The notes under the pieces: model-generated
Database searches by the model: none
The model's input: the letters and a program-made list of their open reading frames with translations, nothing else
Told to the model about the DNA's origin: nothing
DNA from: Podarcis erhardii
Taxonomy: Eukaryota
Assembly: GCA_964252035.1 (NCBI GenBank)
Contig: OZ176211.1
Direction: 5' to 3' (one strand)
Length of the DNA stretch: 64,000 nucleotides
In this document: positions 63,701-64,000 of the stretch, piece by piece
How positions within the stretch are numbered: position 1 is the first letter of the stretch
Layout: the number at the start of each line of letters is the position of its first letter
Translations under genes and position numbers: made by a program

Positions 63701-63795
63701 CTGGCATTGCACAGCACCAGTGACGGAGGTGAGTAATCCTTGCTCACCCTACCCTCGTCCCTCGGGATGAGGCGCAGATTGGAAGGGGTACGAGC
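60690..63795 (-). mobile_element. L2 LINE with almost complete but disrupted ORF2 (APE endonuclease plus RT)
   Basis: EN motifs LCNARS, VTETW, VYRPP, LGDFN, TLDLIF, SDHY (62788-63807); RT motifs DLSAAFD, PQG, YADD (60915-62393); premature stop at 62788-62790 and frameshifts between the ORF pieces; (TTA)n tail. Confidence 0.93.
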
Positions 63796-64000
63796 ATATC
63801 CATACATACAAGTAATATTAACAGAAGGTAAAGGAGGGGGGGGAGGAGAGGAAATATATTAAGGTATATCCCTTTTGTATATTTCTCAAAGTCCACACAT
63901 CATGTTCATGCCTAAACCGAACTATGATGGGCTCAGCTTTAAAAAGAACAGGTTCATGCAACCTTGGCAAGCCTTGTGATTTAACTCATGTATTATATTT

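Overview
Vertebrate (squamate, most likely lacertid lizard) genomic DNA lying entirely within a minus-strand gene recognisable as RAPGEF5 (Epac-related Rap GEF, also called MR-GEF/GFR/Repac). Four in-frame coding exons of the long isoform are present (50016-50092, 44791-44910, 17198-17316, 16745-16833), plus the alternative coding first exon of the short MGSSRLR... isoform (16745-17036). The rest is intron densely filled with mobile DNA: Bov-B/RTE, L2 and CR1 LINE fragments, Sauria and Squam3-like SINEs, solo LTRs, many TA-flanked Tc1/mariner-pogo MITEs, hAT MITEs with 8-bp TSDs, and a 1.8-kb fold-back hAT-like element. The most striking non-coding object is a TSD-bounded Penelope-like insertion (35433-35695). 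It is a 110-bp near-perfect inverted repeat carrying two minimal hammerhead-ribozyme motifs on opposite strands: the copy sense to the RAPGEF5 pre-mRNA is intact, the other has a core G-to-A mutation. No rRNA, genuine tRNA gene or CRISPR array was found. Family names and protein homologies come from recalled sequence knowledge, not database searches.
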